From: Pseudaminobacter sp.
GTDB lineage: Bacteria > Pseudomonadota > Alphaproteobacteria > Rhizobiales > Rhizobiaceae
DNA length: 64,000 nt
Reading direction: 5' to 3'
NCBI GenBank assembly: GCA_035941355.1
Contig: DASZDZ010000008.1
Coordinates: 16,388 to 80,387, forward strand
The translations under genes were made by a program, and so were the position numbers. This document shows, piece by piece, positions 1-9,996 of the stretch (positions are counted from its first letter, which is position 1; every line of letters begins with the position of its first letter). A model generated the notes under the pieces. It was not told the DNA's origin, searched no databases, and saw only the letters and a list, made by a program, of their open reading frames with translations.

Positions 1-200
1 GCGAAACGCGCCGCCACCGCGTCGTCCGGCGCCTCGCACACGGCCACCATGTCGTATTCGCCCATGGTGAGATAGAATTCCCTGAACGAGCCGCCCATCT
101 CTTCGAGCTGCTTCTTCGCCGCATCGAGCCGCCGGGGCGAGTCGCGCACGCTCTTAACGCCCTGGTCTGTCCAGTTGATCAGCATGATGTAGGTGGTCAT
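1..200 (-). CDS. GYD domain-containing protein (C-terminal end cut by window edge)
   Basis: Minus-strand ATG at 198-200 preceded by GGAGG. My translation MTTYIMLINWTDQGVKSVRDSPRRLDAAKKQLEEMGGSFREFYLTMGEYDMVAV... fits the GYD family pattern. Confidence 0.75.
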   Translation of the reverse strand, partial: MTTYIMLINWTDQGVKSVRDSPRRLDAAKKQLEEMGGSFREFYLTMGEYDMVAVCEAPDDAVAARF

Positions 201-357
201 GAGACACCTCCCTCCGGCGCACCGAAACGCGGCGGGGCGCGGCGCCGGGATTTCGCCCCGTTCCGCCTGCCCCGACAGTATGGACCCGCAGCGGAAACTC
301 GGCAAGCAAGCTGACCGTTGTTCGGGCACGGGACTTCGATAGAGGCCTACGATTGAT

Positions 358-461
358 TAGAGCATCGTGCGAAAAGTGGATGCCGGTTTTCGGCAAAAAC
401 GATGCGAAAACAAAAAGCTAGAGCGAGATGCCCGTTCCCGAAATCGGGCGGCTTGCTCTAG
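358..461. repeat. about 104-bp two-hairpin intergenic mosaic repeat, copy 1 (copy 2 at 48886-48989)
   Basis: Near-identical to 48886-48989, with about five differences by eye. Contains a CGAAAAG...CTTTTCGG-type stem-loop and a second stem, CTAGAGCGAGATGCCCG...CGGGCGGCTTGCTCTAG. Confidence 0.85.
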
Positions 462-880
462 CCGCCGAGATGCAGCACGATCTCGCGTCGGTGTGGGCGG
501 TCGCGGTGCTCGAAGAGGTAGAGGCCCTGCCATGTGCCGAGCGCCAGCCGCCCGGACATGACAGGGATCGACAGCGAAACGGCGGTCAGCGCCGCCTTGA
601 TGTGCGCCGGCATGTCGTCGGGGCCCTCAGTCGTATGCACCACCCAGCGCATCGACGGATCGTCCGACGGCGGCACCAGGCGGCGGAAGAATGCGTCGAG
701 ATCGCGCCGCACGTCCGGGTCGGCATTTTCCTGGAGGAGAAGCGAGCAGGACGTATGCCGCACGAAGACGGTGAGCAGCCCGGTTCCGACGCGGGCGTCG
801 CCAACGAAGGTTTTGGCCCGGTCCGTGAACTCGTAAAGTCCGCCGCCGGAGGTGGGGATGATTAGCGTCGTCTGGGGCAA
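458..880 (-). CDS. YjbQ/UPF0047 family protein (secondary thiamine-phosphate synthase-like)
   Basis: ORF 458..928 translation ...LPQTTLIIPTSGGGLYEFTDRAKTFVGDARVGTGLLTVFVRHTSCSLLLQENADPDV...HTTEGPDDMPAHIKAALT... is typical YjbQ. A TTG at 880 gives about 140 aa without overlapping the upstream gene. The ATG at 928 is the alternative start. Confidence 0.85.
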   Translation of the reverse strand: MPQTTLIIPTSGGGLYEFTDRAKTFVGDARVGTGLLTVFVRHTSCSLLLQENADPDVRRDLDAFFRRLVPPSDDPSMRWVVHTTEGPDDMPAHIKAALTAVSLSIPVMSGRLALGTWQGLYLFEHRDRPHRREIVLHLGG

Positions 881-894
881 GCGCTTGCCCCGAC

Positions 895-1503
895 CTATGA
901 CGGGCGAAGACCAATCCGGCCAAGACAATAACCTACCGTCTCGGCGCGCATGGCGGCAATCTCTTCCGCTGGCCCGATCTCGAGCACCGGGCGGTAGCCC
1001 TCCGCGCCCAGTTGGCGATAGGCGTAGGTGACGAGGCTGTTGGCGTCGATCACCCAGACTTCCGGAATGCCGAATGCAGCGTAAACGCTGATCTTGCGGC
1101 CGCGATCATAGGCAAGGCTGGTGTCGGCGACCTCGATAGCAAGCAACACGTCATGCCCGCGCAAGTCTCCGGGGAAGGTGGAACGCGGAAAGACGCAGAA
1201 ATCCGGCTCCAGGAAGCTCTTGTCATCAAGACGAAGCGTGGTCTCCGGGGCTATATGCAGGTCATCGGGAACGATCCGCTGAAAATGCCGATTCAATTCC
1301 AGCTTCAACATCTCGTGGCGTCCGCCCTTGGGCAGCATCGGCACGACCTCTCCACCGATCAGTTCGAACCGCTCATCCTCGTCTACAATGCCGGCCGCCA
1401 CCATCGCCTCGATTTCCGCGACCGTCCAAGGCCTGCGCGGCAGGCCTTCGGCCGCCTGCGTGGTGGCAGGAAAGGTTGGAGAAAGGGCGGTGTGCTCATT
1501 CAT
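895..1503 (-). CDS. Uma2 family endonuclease (DUF820, restriction-endonuclease-like fold)
   Basis: 202-aa ORF with WTVAEIEAM...RFELIGGEVVPM...EPDFCVF...LAIEVADTSLAYDRGRKISVYAAFGIPEVWVID, the characteristic Uma2 motif order. Confidence 0.85.
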   Translation of the reverse strand: MNEHTALSPTFPATTQAAEGLPRRPWTVAEIEAMVAAGIVDEDERFELIGGEVVPMLPKGGRHEMLKLELNRHFQRIVPDDLHIAPETTLRLDDKSFLEPDFCVFPRSTFPGDLRGHDVLLAIEVADTSLAYDRGRKISVYAAFGIPEVWVIDANSLVTYAYRQLGAEGYRPVLEIGPAEEIAAMRAETVGYCLGRIGLRPS

Positions 1504-1559
1504 GGCGCGAGCTTATCACAGAGGGCCTGCGGCGTCCAAAACCGTAAGCGGCGGAATTC

Positions 1560-1763
1560 TTATCTCATTCTAACATAAGACGGGATTCTGCTGACCCGTC
1601 CTGCACGCGCACATGTTTGCCGATCTTTAGATAATGAGAAGTCTTCCTCTGTGGAGAATACGACGTAACCGTGCGGGTCACAGAGCGCACCAGGAAACCG
1701 CTCCAAGACGTGAAACCAAGTACCTTCATGATGATAAATACGTGAGCAGCGGGAATTGACCAT
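1560..1763 (-). CDS. short ORF, possible gene remnant in an AT-richer patch
   Basis: 67-aa ORF (..[33 protein letters not shown]..). Its start lies inside the rpoD terminator hairpin, and a second frame (1565..1774) is also open. No family can be assigned with confidence. Confidence 0.2.
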   Translation of the reverse strand: MVNSRCSRIYHHEGTWFHVLERFPGALCDPHGYVVFSTEEDFSLSKDRQTCARAGRVSRIPSYVRMR

Positions 1764-1772
1764 TCCCGCTGC
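1746..1772 (-). terminator. rho-independent terminator candidate downstream of rpoD
   Basis: Perfect inverted repeat GCAGCGGGAAT-N5-ATTCCCGCTGC about 35 nt after the rpoD stop, followed on the minus strand by a T-containing tract (TCACGTATTTATC). Confidence 0.6.
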
Positions 1773-1806
1773 AAGGCTTTCTCAGAATTGGTTCTCGCTT
1801 TGCCCG

Positions 1807-3843
<2,037 letters not shown>

Positions 3844-4198
3844 GCTTCTTATTATCTCCAAGCGGCCGGATCGTGCGGAGCGCTGAAACTCTTGAACCGG
3901 CAAACCGATCGCAACTGTTCGACCGCTATGGAAAGCCGCCGCCCTTGCGTCTGGTCCCCGATTACTGATGATATCTGTGGCGGGATTTTTTCCCGTCCAG
4001 CCTATCAGCTCCGTTCCGTCGATGTTGGGTGCGGATTGTACCCGCAGGTTAACTTTTCGAATCGTCCTGATTCCGCCATTCCGGCGGAAGGTCAAGCGGC
4101 TGTCGCATGATTCGCATTAAAAAAGCGAATCAATTGCCATGTTTCCTGGAGCCTGTTTCATTCCGGCAAGCCGGAATGGGGCACCAATCATTATTTGC

Positions 4199-4312
4199 CG
4201 CACGATCTTTTCCGAAAAGCCTGCAACTTTTCGCTGCTGACCCTCGGTTCTGGACCATGCGCTGGTTCGCCGCATGACCTTTTCCGAAAATCTGCGACTT
4301 TCGGATCATGCG
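4199..4312. repeat. two tandem short hairpin repeats (CCGAAAA-N-TTTTCGG core) in the dnaG-rpoD spacer
   Basis: Copies at 4199-4234 (GATCTTTTCCGAAAAGCCTGCAACTTTTCG) and 4270-4312 (GCATGACCTTTTCCGAAAATCTGCGACTTTCGGATCATGC). They share a core with 44589-44636 and with the first hairpin of the 104-bp repeat. Confidence 0.75.
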
Positions 4313-6253
4313 CTAAGCTCTGTCCACGCGTCCGGACGAAATGCCAAAGCCCTCGATCAGCGCCTCGGTCGCCTGCACGTCATGGAATTGGGCCTGGATT
4401 TCGACGAGATGGCGGTAGTTTTCGTCCGTCGGGTCGGTAGCCAGCGCCGTCTCGGCCACTTTCAGTTCCTTATGTAAGGTGCTCGCCGTGCGGTGCAAGT
4501 GCAGCGCCTGCGCAAAGGCGTCGCGGGCATCCTCGATCGCCGCTTCCGCCATCACCGGCCACAGCCGCGCCCGTCGGACCAGGGCCATCGCCCGCTGCCA
4601 TGCATCCGCCAGTCCCGCCTCGCCTATCCGCGCGATGACGGCGGCGCGCTCGTCGGCAGCGCCATGCGCCACCGCATCGATCAGTTCGCTGTGAAGCAGG
4701 CGCAGGTCCGGATGCGAAAGGTCGAGCGTTTCGACATGGTCGAAATTCTCGTCGATCAGCGCCGGGTGATTGACCAGCGCGGCCACGATTGCGGTTTCGC
4801 GCAGCGGCATGATGCCGCCGGCGCGCTTGACCATCGCCGAACGCGCCAGGCTGTCCGACACCGCCAGCCGCCCCGCCGCGGGCCCGCCGCCGCCCCTCGC
4901 CCATTGTCCACCCTGGCTTTTGCCGAAATTCCTGTCCCGCTCGCCGGGCCGCGATTGCTGGCGGCCGCGCTGCGCGCCGAAGAAGGCGAGCACCCGCTCG
5001 CGCATGTCCTGCGCATAGTGATAGCGCACGCTCTCATCCTTGATGCGCGAAGTGAGTTCGCGCAGCGTCTTTTCGAGTTCGGCGCGGCGCTCAGGCGTGT
5101 CGAACACACCGCCCGAAGTCTCGCGCATCCACAGAACATCCGACAGCGGCCGCGCCTCTGAAAGCACGGCCCTGAATGCCTCGGGCCCGTCGGCCTTGAC
5201 CAGATCGTCCGGGTCCTTGCCTTCCGGCAACAGCGCGAACCGCGCCGTCCGCCCCGCCTGAACCGCCGGCAGCACCATGTCGGCCGCGCGCCACGCCGCC
5301 CGCAAGCCGGCCTGGTCGCCGTCGAAGCACAGCACCGGCTCGCCGGTCATGCGCCACAGAAGCTCGAGCTGGTTCTCGGTGAGTGCTGTGCCGAGGGGCG
5401 CCACGGCGTTGTCGAAGCCGGCCTGCGCCAGCGCGATCACATCCATATAGCCTTCGACGGCTATCACTGTGCCGTCCTTGCCCATGCCCTTCCGGGCGCG
5501 GGCGAAATTGTAGAGCACATTGCCCTTGTGGAAGAGTTCGGTATCGGGCGAGTTCAGGTATTTGGCCGAGATTTCCGGCGACAGCGCGCGCCCGCCGAAG
5601 GCGATGACCTTGCCGCGGGAATCCTCGATCGGGAACATGATGCGGTCGCGGAAACGGTCGTAGGAAACCGGCACGTCCTCGAAAACGGTCAGGCCGCAAG
5701 CTTCCATCTGCGCCTTCTCGACGCCCTTGCCGGCCAGGAATTCCTTGAGCGCGTTGCGGCTGTCGGGCGCAAAGCCAAGGCGGAACGCCTGCTGCGTGGC
5801 CGGCGTCAGGCCGCGTTCGCGAAGATAGGAGCGGGCTTTGGCGCCGTCCGACGATTGAAGCCGCTCTTGGAAAAAATTCGTCGCCATCTCCATGACGTCG
5901 GTCAGGCTGGCGCGCTGCTTCTCGCGCCGTTCCGCGGCCTCGTCGCGCGCGGGCATCGGCACACCGGCCAGATCGGCGATCTTCTCGACCGCTTCGGGAA
6001 AGCCCATGCCGTCCAGTTCGGTCAGGAACTTGAAATGATCACCGGAGACGCCGCAGCCGAAGCAGTGATAACGGCCCTTCTTGTCCTCGCAGTGAAAGCT
6101 CGGCGACTTTTCGCCGTGGAACGGACAGCAGGCCCAGAAATCGCCCCGCGCGGCGTTCGTCTTCCTGCGATCCCACGAAACGCGCGCGCCGATGACCGAT
6201 GAAATCGGCACGCGGTCGCGAATCTCGTCAAGGAAGGAGGGCGGAAAGCGCAT
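4313..6253 (-). CDS. dnaG: DNA primase
   Basis: Zinc-ribbon CCPFHGEKSPSFHCEDKKGRYHCFGCGVSGDHFKFL, TOPRIM region (VIAVEGYMDVIAL) and a DnaB-interaction C-terminus. Start at internal ATG 6253 (MRFPPSFLDEIRDRVPIS). Classic dnaG-rpoD order. Confidence 0.95.
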   Translation of the reverse strand: MRFPPSFLDEIRDRVPISSVIGARVSWDRRKTNAARGDFWACCPFHGEKSPSFHCEDKKGRYHCFGCGVSGDHFKFLTELDGMGFPEAVEKIADLAGVPMPARDEAAERREKQRASLTDVMEMATNFFQERLQSSDGAKARSYLRERGLTPATQQAFRLGFAPDSRNALKEFLAGKGVEKAQMEACGLTVFEDVPVSYDRFRDRIMFPIEDSRGKVIAFGGRALSPEISAKYLNSPDTELFHKGNVLYNFARARKGMGKDGTVIAVEGYMDVIALAQAGFDNAVAPLGTALTENQLELLWRMTGEPVLCFDGDQAGLRAAWRAADMVLPAVQAGRTARFALLPEGKDPDDLVKADGPEAFRAVLSEARPLSDVLWMRETSGGVFDTPERRAELEKTLRELTSRIKDESVRYHYAQDMRERVLAFFGAQRGRQQSRPGERDRNFGKSQGGQWARGGGGPAAGRLAVSDSLARSAMVKRAGGIMPLRETAIVAALVNHPALIDENFDHVETLDLSHPDLRLLHSELIDAVAHGAADERAAVIARIGEAGLADAWQRAMALVRRARLWPVMAEAAIEDARDAFAQALHLHRTASTLHKELKVAETALATDPTDENYRHLVEIQAQFHDVQATEALIEGFGISSGRVDRA

Positions 6254-6451
6254 GGGATGTGGGTCTCTCTCTCTCCAATATATAGGCTGAGCGGGCACGC
6301 AAAGCGAACAGCCATTTCCGGCATTCCCGCGATTCACAGGTGCTCTGCGACCCGGGTATCAAGAAAAGCTGAAGCCGGCCTCACAAAATCTGGCTTGCAT
6401 GGAGCCGTTCACGCGTGGTTTGAGGCCTAACCTCAAAGTTGCGTGCTCGCC

Positions 6452-7636
6452 ATGTCCCTCCCCTTGGTTGCTCTTTTCATCGCCGCCTTTGCCTTCGGCA
6501 CGACCGAGTTCGTCATTGCCGGCGTGCTGCCGCAGGTGGCGGAGGGCCTCGACGTGTCCATTCCGACCGCCGGCTATCTTGTTTCCGGCTACGCACTCGG
6601 CATCGCGCTCGGCGGTCCGCTTCTCACCATCGCCACGGCGCGCCTCCCCCGCAAGACGCTGCTGATAGGCCTCGCCGTCGCCTTCACCGCCGGCCAACTC
6701 GCTTGCGCATTGGCGCCGGGATTCGCAGAAATGCTTCTCATCCGCGTCGCAGTAGCGATTGCGCACGGCGCCTATTTCGGCGTCGCGATGGTAGTCGCCG
6801 TCGGCCTCGTGAAGGAGGAACGGCGCGGTATGGCCGTCGCGCTCATTCTGGCGGGCCTGACCGTCTCCAACATCGTCGGCGTGCCGGCCGGTACGGCGAT
6901 CGGTAATCTCTTCGGCTGGCGCGCGACCTTCTGGGCAATGTTCGCGCTCGGATTGCTGGCCACGGCCGCAATGATTGCGCTGCTTCCGCGGGCGAATGGA
7001 CAGTCGGCCCGTCCGGCTGGCTTTCTGCGCGAAGTGCAGGTGCTCGGCCGTCAGCAGGTCTGGACCTCGCTGATCCTCATGTTGATGCTGATGATCGGCC
7101 AGTTCGTGCCCTTCACCTATATCGCGCCCATGCTGCGCGAGGTTACCGGCATCGAGGCCGCCATGATCCCCTGGGTGCTGCTGCTCAACGGCGTCGGCGC
7201 TACGGCGGGCGTGTTCATCGGCGGCAGGCTCGCCGGCTGGAGGCTGATGCCATCACTCATCGTGATGTTCGCACTGCAGGGGGTCGTGCTCGCAGCGATG
7301 TATCTGGTCAGCCCCTACCCGCTCCCCATGGTCGCAGTCATCACCCTGTGGGGAGGCATCAACTTCGCCATCGGCACGCCGATCCAGACCCGCATCCTGG
7401 GCTGGACGGCGGACGCGCCCAACCTCGCCTCATCGCTGATCCCCGCGGGTTTCAACATCGGCATCGCGCTCGCTGCGTCCGTCGGCTCAATGCTGCTCGC
7501 GAGCGGCATGAACTATCGCAGCTTACCCCTCTTGGGCGTGCTCGCTATGGTCGTGGCAACCGTCGTGGCCTTCGCCTCCTATACATGGGAGCGGCACAGC
7601 GGAGTCAGGCCGCCGCTGACCGCGCCGGCTGCCTAA
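6452..7636 (+). CDS. MFS transporter (DHA1-type)
   Basis: 12-TM-like hydrophobic profile. N-terminus MSLPLVALFIAAFAFGTTEFVIAGVLPQVAEGL is typical of the YdhP/AraJ-like MFS subfamily. ATG 6452 is preferred over GTG 6443. Confidence 0.85.
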   Translation: MSLPLVALFIAAFAFGTTEFVIAGVLPQVAEGLDVSIPTAGYLVSGYALGIALGGPLLTIATARLPRKTLLIGLAVAFTAGQLACALAPGFAEMLLIRVAVAIAHGAYFGVAMVVAVGLVKEERRGMAVALILAGLTVSNIVGVPAGTAIGNLFGWRATFWAMFALGLLATAAMIALLPRANGQSARPAGFLREVQVLGRQQVWTSLILMLMLMIGQFVPFTYIAPMLREVTGIEAAMIPWVLLLNGVGATAGVFIGGRLAGWRLMPSLIVMFALQGVVLAAMYLVSPYPLPMVAVITLWGGINFAIGTPIQTRILGWTADAPNLASSLIPAGFNIGIALAASVGSMLLASGMNYRSLPLLGVLAMVVATVVAFASYTWERHSGVRPPLTAPAA

Positions 7637-7909
7637 GCTGCCGATCAAGGGGCGGCGAAGCAGCTTCCTTGACGCGACCCGCTGAATAGCGAGCGAAAAG
7701 CGGCTGGCAAAGCCCTGTCCGATCATTCACACTCTCGGATGCGAACCCAGCCTGAGACACGCCGCGTCGGCAGGGACAGCTTCGCGCAATGGACGAGGAT
7801 TACATTAACCGGCTAAGCTTCACGGCCGGCGGAACAACGCCGCGATTCGCCGATTGGGTGAGATGATCTTGCGCTTCAATTTCCACGCACAGTGCGCCGG
7901 CTGCCCGGC

Positions 7910-9574
7910 ATGAGCGGGTCCGTCGTACTCCTGCACCTTGCGGGCGCGGTGGCGCTGCTGCTGTTCGCCACGCGCATGGTGCGCACCGGCGTAGAGCGCG
8001 CCTATGGCGACGTGCTGCGCCATCGCCTGCGCTCGGTGCTGCGCAATCCGGTGCTGGCCATCCTCGCCGGCACAGCGCTTGCCATCTGCCTGCAGAGCGC
8101 CACCGCCGTTGCCCTGCTGGTCGGCTCGTTCAGCGGCGCGGGCATCGTCGGCGGTACATCCGGCCTGCTCGCCGTGCTCGGCGCCGATGTCGGCTCCGCG
8201 CTCGTCGTCAAGCTGCTGAGTTTCGACCTGTCGCTGCTGGTGCCGCTCTGCCTCGCCGCCGGCACCGCCATGTTCATGGCCACCGAGCGCCGCGACTGGC
8301 GCCAGTTTGGCCGCATCCTGATCGGCGTTGGTCTGCTCATTCTTTCGTTGCGCATGATCGGCGAAGCGTCGGAACCGCTGCGCCACAGCCAGATCCTGCC
8401 GGTCGTCGTCAATTATCTCTCAGGCGACCCGGTCACGGCCTTCCTGCTTGCCGCCATCATGACCTGGTTGTTCCATTCCAGCGTCGCGGCGATATTGCTG
8501 GTCGTTGCGCTGACTGCGCGCGGCCTGGTACCAGTGGAACTCGGCCTGGTTCTGGTGCTGGGCGCTAATCTCGGCGGCGGCGTCATCGCCGTCATGCTGT
8601 CGCGCGCAGCGATCCCCAAGGCCAGGATCGTGCCGCTCGGCAACCTCATCATGCGCGGCACCGGAGCGCTCGCCGCACTGCTCGTGCTCATCTTCGCCGC
8701 GCCGCCGCTCGGCTGGCTGGGTGCCTCCGCGCCCGACCAGCTGATCCACGGCCACATAGCCTTCAACCTGATGCTGGCGCTGCTCGGCATCCCGCTTGCC
8801 GGCCTCGTCCACCGCCTGGCCGAACGCATTGTGGCGCTCGGCGCGCCGGAGGCCAAGCCGGAATCGCTTGCCGCTACGGAACTCAGCGCTCTCGACGAGG
8901 CCGCACTCGACACGCCGTCGCAGGCGCTCGCCAATGCTACCCGCGAGGTGGTACGGGTTTGCGAGACCGTGGAGATTATGCTCCAGCGGATCATCGAGCT
9001 CTACGTCGAGGCCGATCAGGACAAGATCGACGCCTTGTCCGCGCTGGACGACCGCGTCGATCGCAAGCATGCGGCGATCAAGCTCTACCTCGCTAAGGTG
9101 ACCAGCCGCACGCTTTCCGAAGCCGACGCGCTGCGCTGCCAGGAACTTATCGGCGCCTGCGTCAAGCTCGAGCAGGTCGGCGACATCATCGTGCGAAACA
9201 TGCTGGTCCATGTGCAGAAGAAGTTCGACCGTGGGCTGGAATTCACCGAACAGGGCTGGCGCGAACTGAGGGCATTCCACACATCGGTAGTGGCCAACGC
9301 CAAGCTGGCGTTCAACGTGCTGGTGTCGCGCGATTCGGAAACCGCGCGGCAGCTGGTGCGGGAGAAGGACCGGTTGCGCGACCTCGAAAAACGCTCCAGC
9401 CAGAGCCATTTCGATCGCCTGCGCGAAGGAACGGCAAAGAGCGTCGAGACCAGCTCGATCCATCTCGACACTATCCGCGACCTTAAGCAGATCAACTCGC
9501 TGCTGGCCTCAATGGCCTATCCGGTGCTTGAGGAGCAGGGGCTGCTCAGCGGCTCGCGCCTGAAGGCGAGTTGA
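7910..9574 (+). CDS. Na/Pi cotransporter family protein with C-terminal PhoU-like domain
   Basis: N-terminal membrane half with duplicated Na/Pi-cotransporter repeats (..GANLGGGVIAV..), then a soluble helical half (..DRVDRKHAAIKLYLAKV.., ..ETSSIHLDTIRDLKQINSLL..). ATG 7910 lies within the ORF that starts at 7892. Confidence 0.85.
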   Translation: MSGSVVLLHLAGAVALLLFATRMVRTGVERAYGDVLRHRLRSVLRNPVLAILAGTALAICLQSATAVALLVGSFSGAGIVGGTSGLLAVLGADVGSALVVKLLSFDLSLLVPLCLAAGTAMFMATERRDWRQFGRILIGVGLLILSLRMIGEASEPLRHSQILPVVVNYLSGDPVTAFLLAAIMTWLFHSSVAAILLVVALTARGLVPVELGLVLVLGANLGGGVIAVMLSRAAIPKARIVPLGNLIMRGTGALAALLVLIFAAPPLGWLGASAPDQLIHGHIAFNLMLALLGIPLAGLVHRLAERIVALGAPEAKPESLAATELSALDEAALDTPSQALANATREVVRVCETVEIMLQRIIELYVEADQDKIDALSALDDRVDRKHAAIKLYLAKVTSRTLSEADALRCQELIGACVKLEQVGDIIVRNMLVHVQKKFDRGLEFTEQGWRELRAFHTSVVANAKLAFNVLVSRDSETARQLVREKDRLRDLEKRSSQSHFDRLREGTAKSVETSSIHLDTIRDLKQINSLLASMAYPVLEEQGLLSGSRLKAS

Positions 9575-9592
9575 CGCGAGCCAGATCGCAAA

Positions 9593-9781
9593 TCAGCGGC
9601 CCTTGGCGCTCGAATTCTCGTTGCGCTTATCGGCGCTCGTGACCGAGCCTTTTGAGGCCTTGGAGCCGCCGCCCCATTCCTGCGCCTTCTGCTGCTGGCT
9701 GCCGCCCTCCTTGCTCGGGTGGACGGCCTTGTCGCTGCCGCTGGCGCGCTTGTTTGAAATCGGTTTTTTGCTGTCGGGCAT
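9593..9781 (-). CDS. small hydrophilic Lys/Ser/Gly-rich protein (stress-type)
   Basis: ATG 9781 preceded by GGAGG. Product: MPDSKKPISNKRASGSDKAVHPSKEGGSQQQKAQEWGGGSKASKGSVTSADKRNENSSAKGR. An EcfG-like promoter lies immediately upstream. Confidence 0.6.
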   Translation of the reverse strand: MPDSKKPISNKRASGSDKAVHPSKEGGSQQQKAQEWGGGSKASKGSVTSADKRNENSSAKGR

Positions 9782-9802
9782 CTGAGCCTCCATTTCCCGC
9801 AA

Positions 9803-9827
9803 AACCTCTGGAGCGCGAAAGCGTTCC
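9803..9827 (-). promoter_or_regulatory. EcfG-type (general stress sigma) promoter candidate
   Basis: Minus strand reads GGAAC-N16-GGTT, ending about 22 nt upstream of ATG 9781. Confidence 0.5.
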
Positions 9828-9996
9828 GTCTGCGGCGCGCCGGATTCCGGCCGTTCCGGACAGCTTTTTTTCTCTCCTTTTTATGAACCTCTCGCCCGCT
9901 GCCGCATTCAAGCCTCATGGCGATCAGCGGCGGCGATCCATAGCAAAACCCGTCTGCGCACGGCCTCCCGCGTCGTCATCCACGAAGGATCCTGTC

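Noticed and set aside
7831-7860. GGAAC upstream of the Na/Pi cotransporter gene as another EcfG promoter
   Set aside because: No CGTT/GTT element at a 16-17 nt spacing; the sequence there is TTGG after 18 nt. It is treated as a chance -35-like pentamer.
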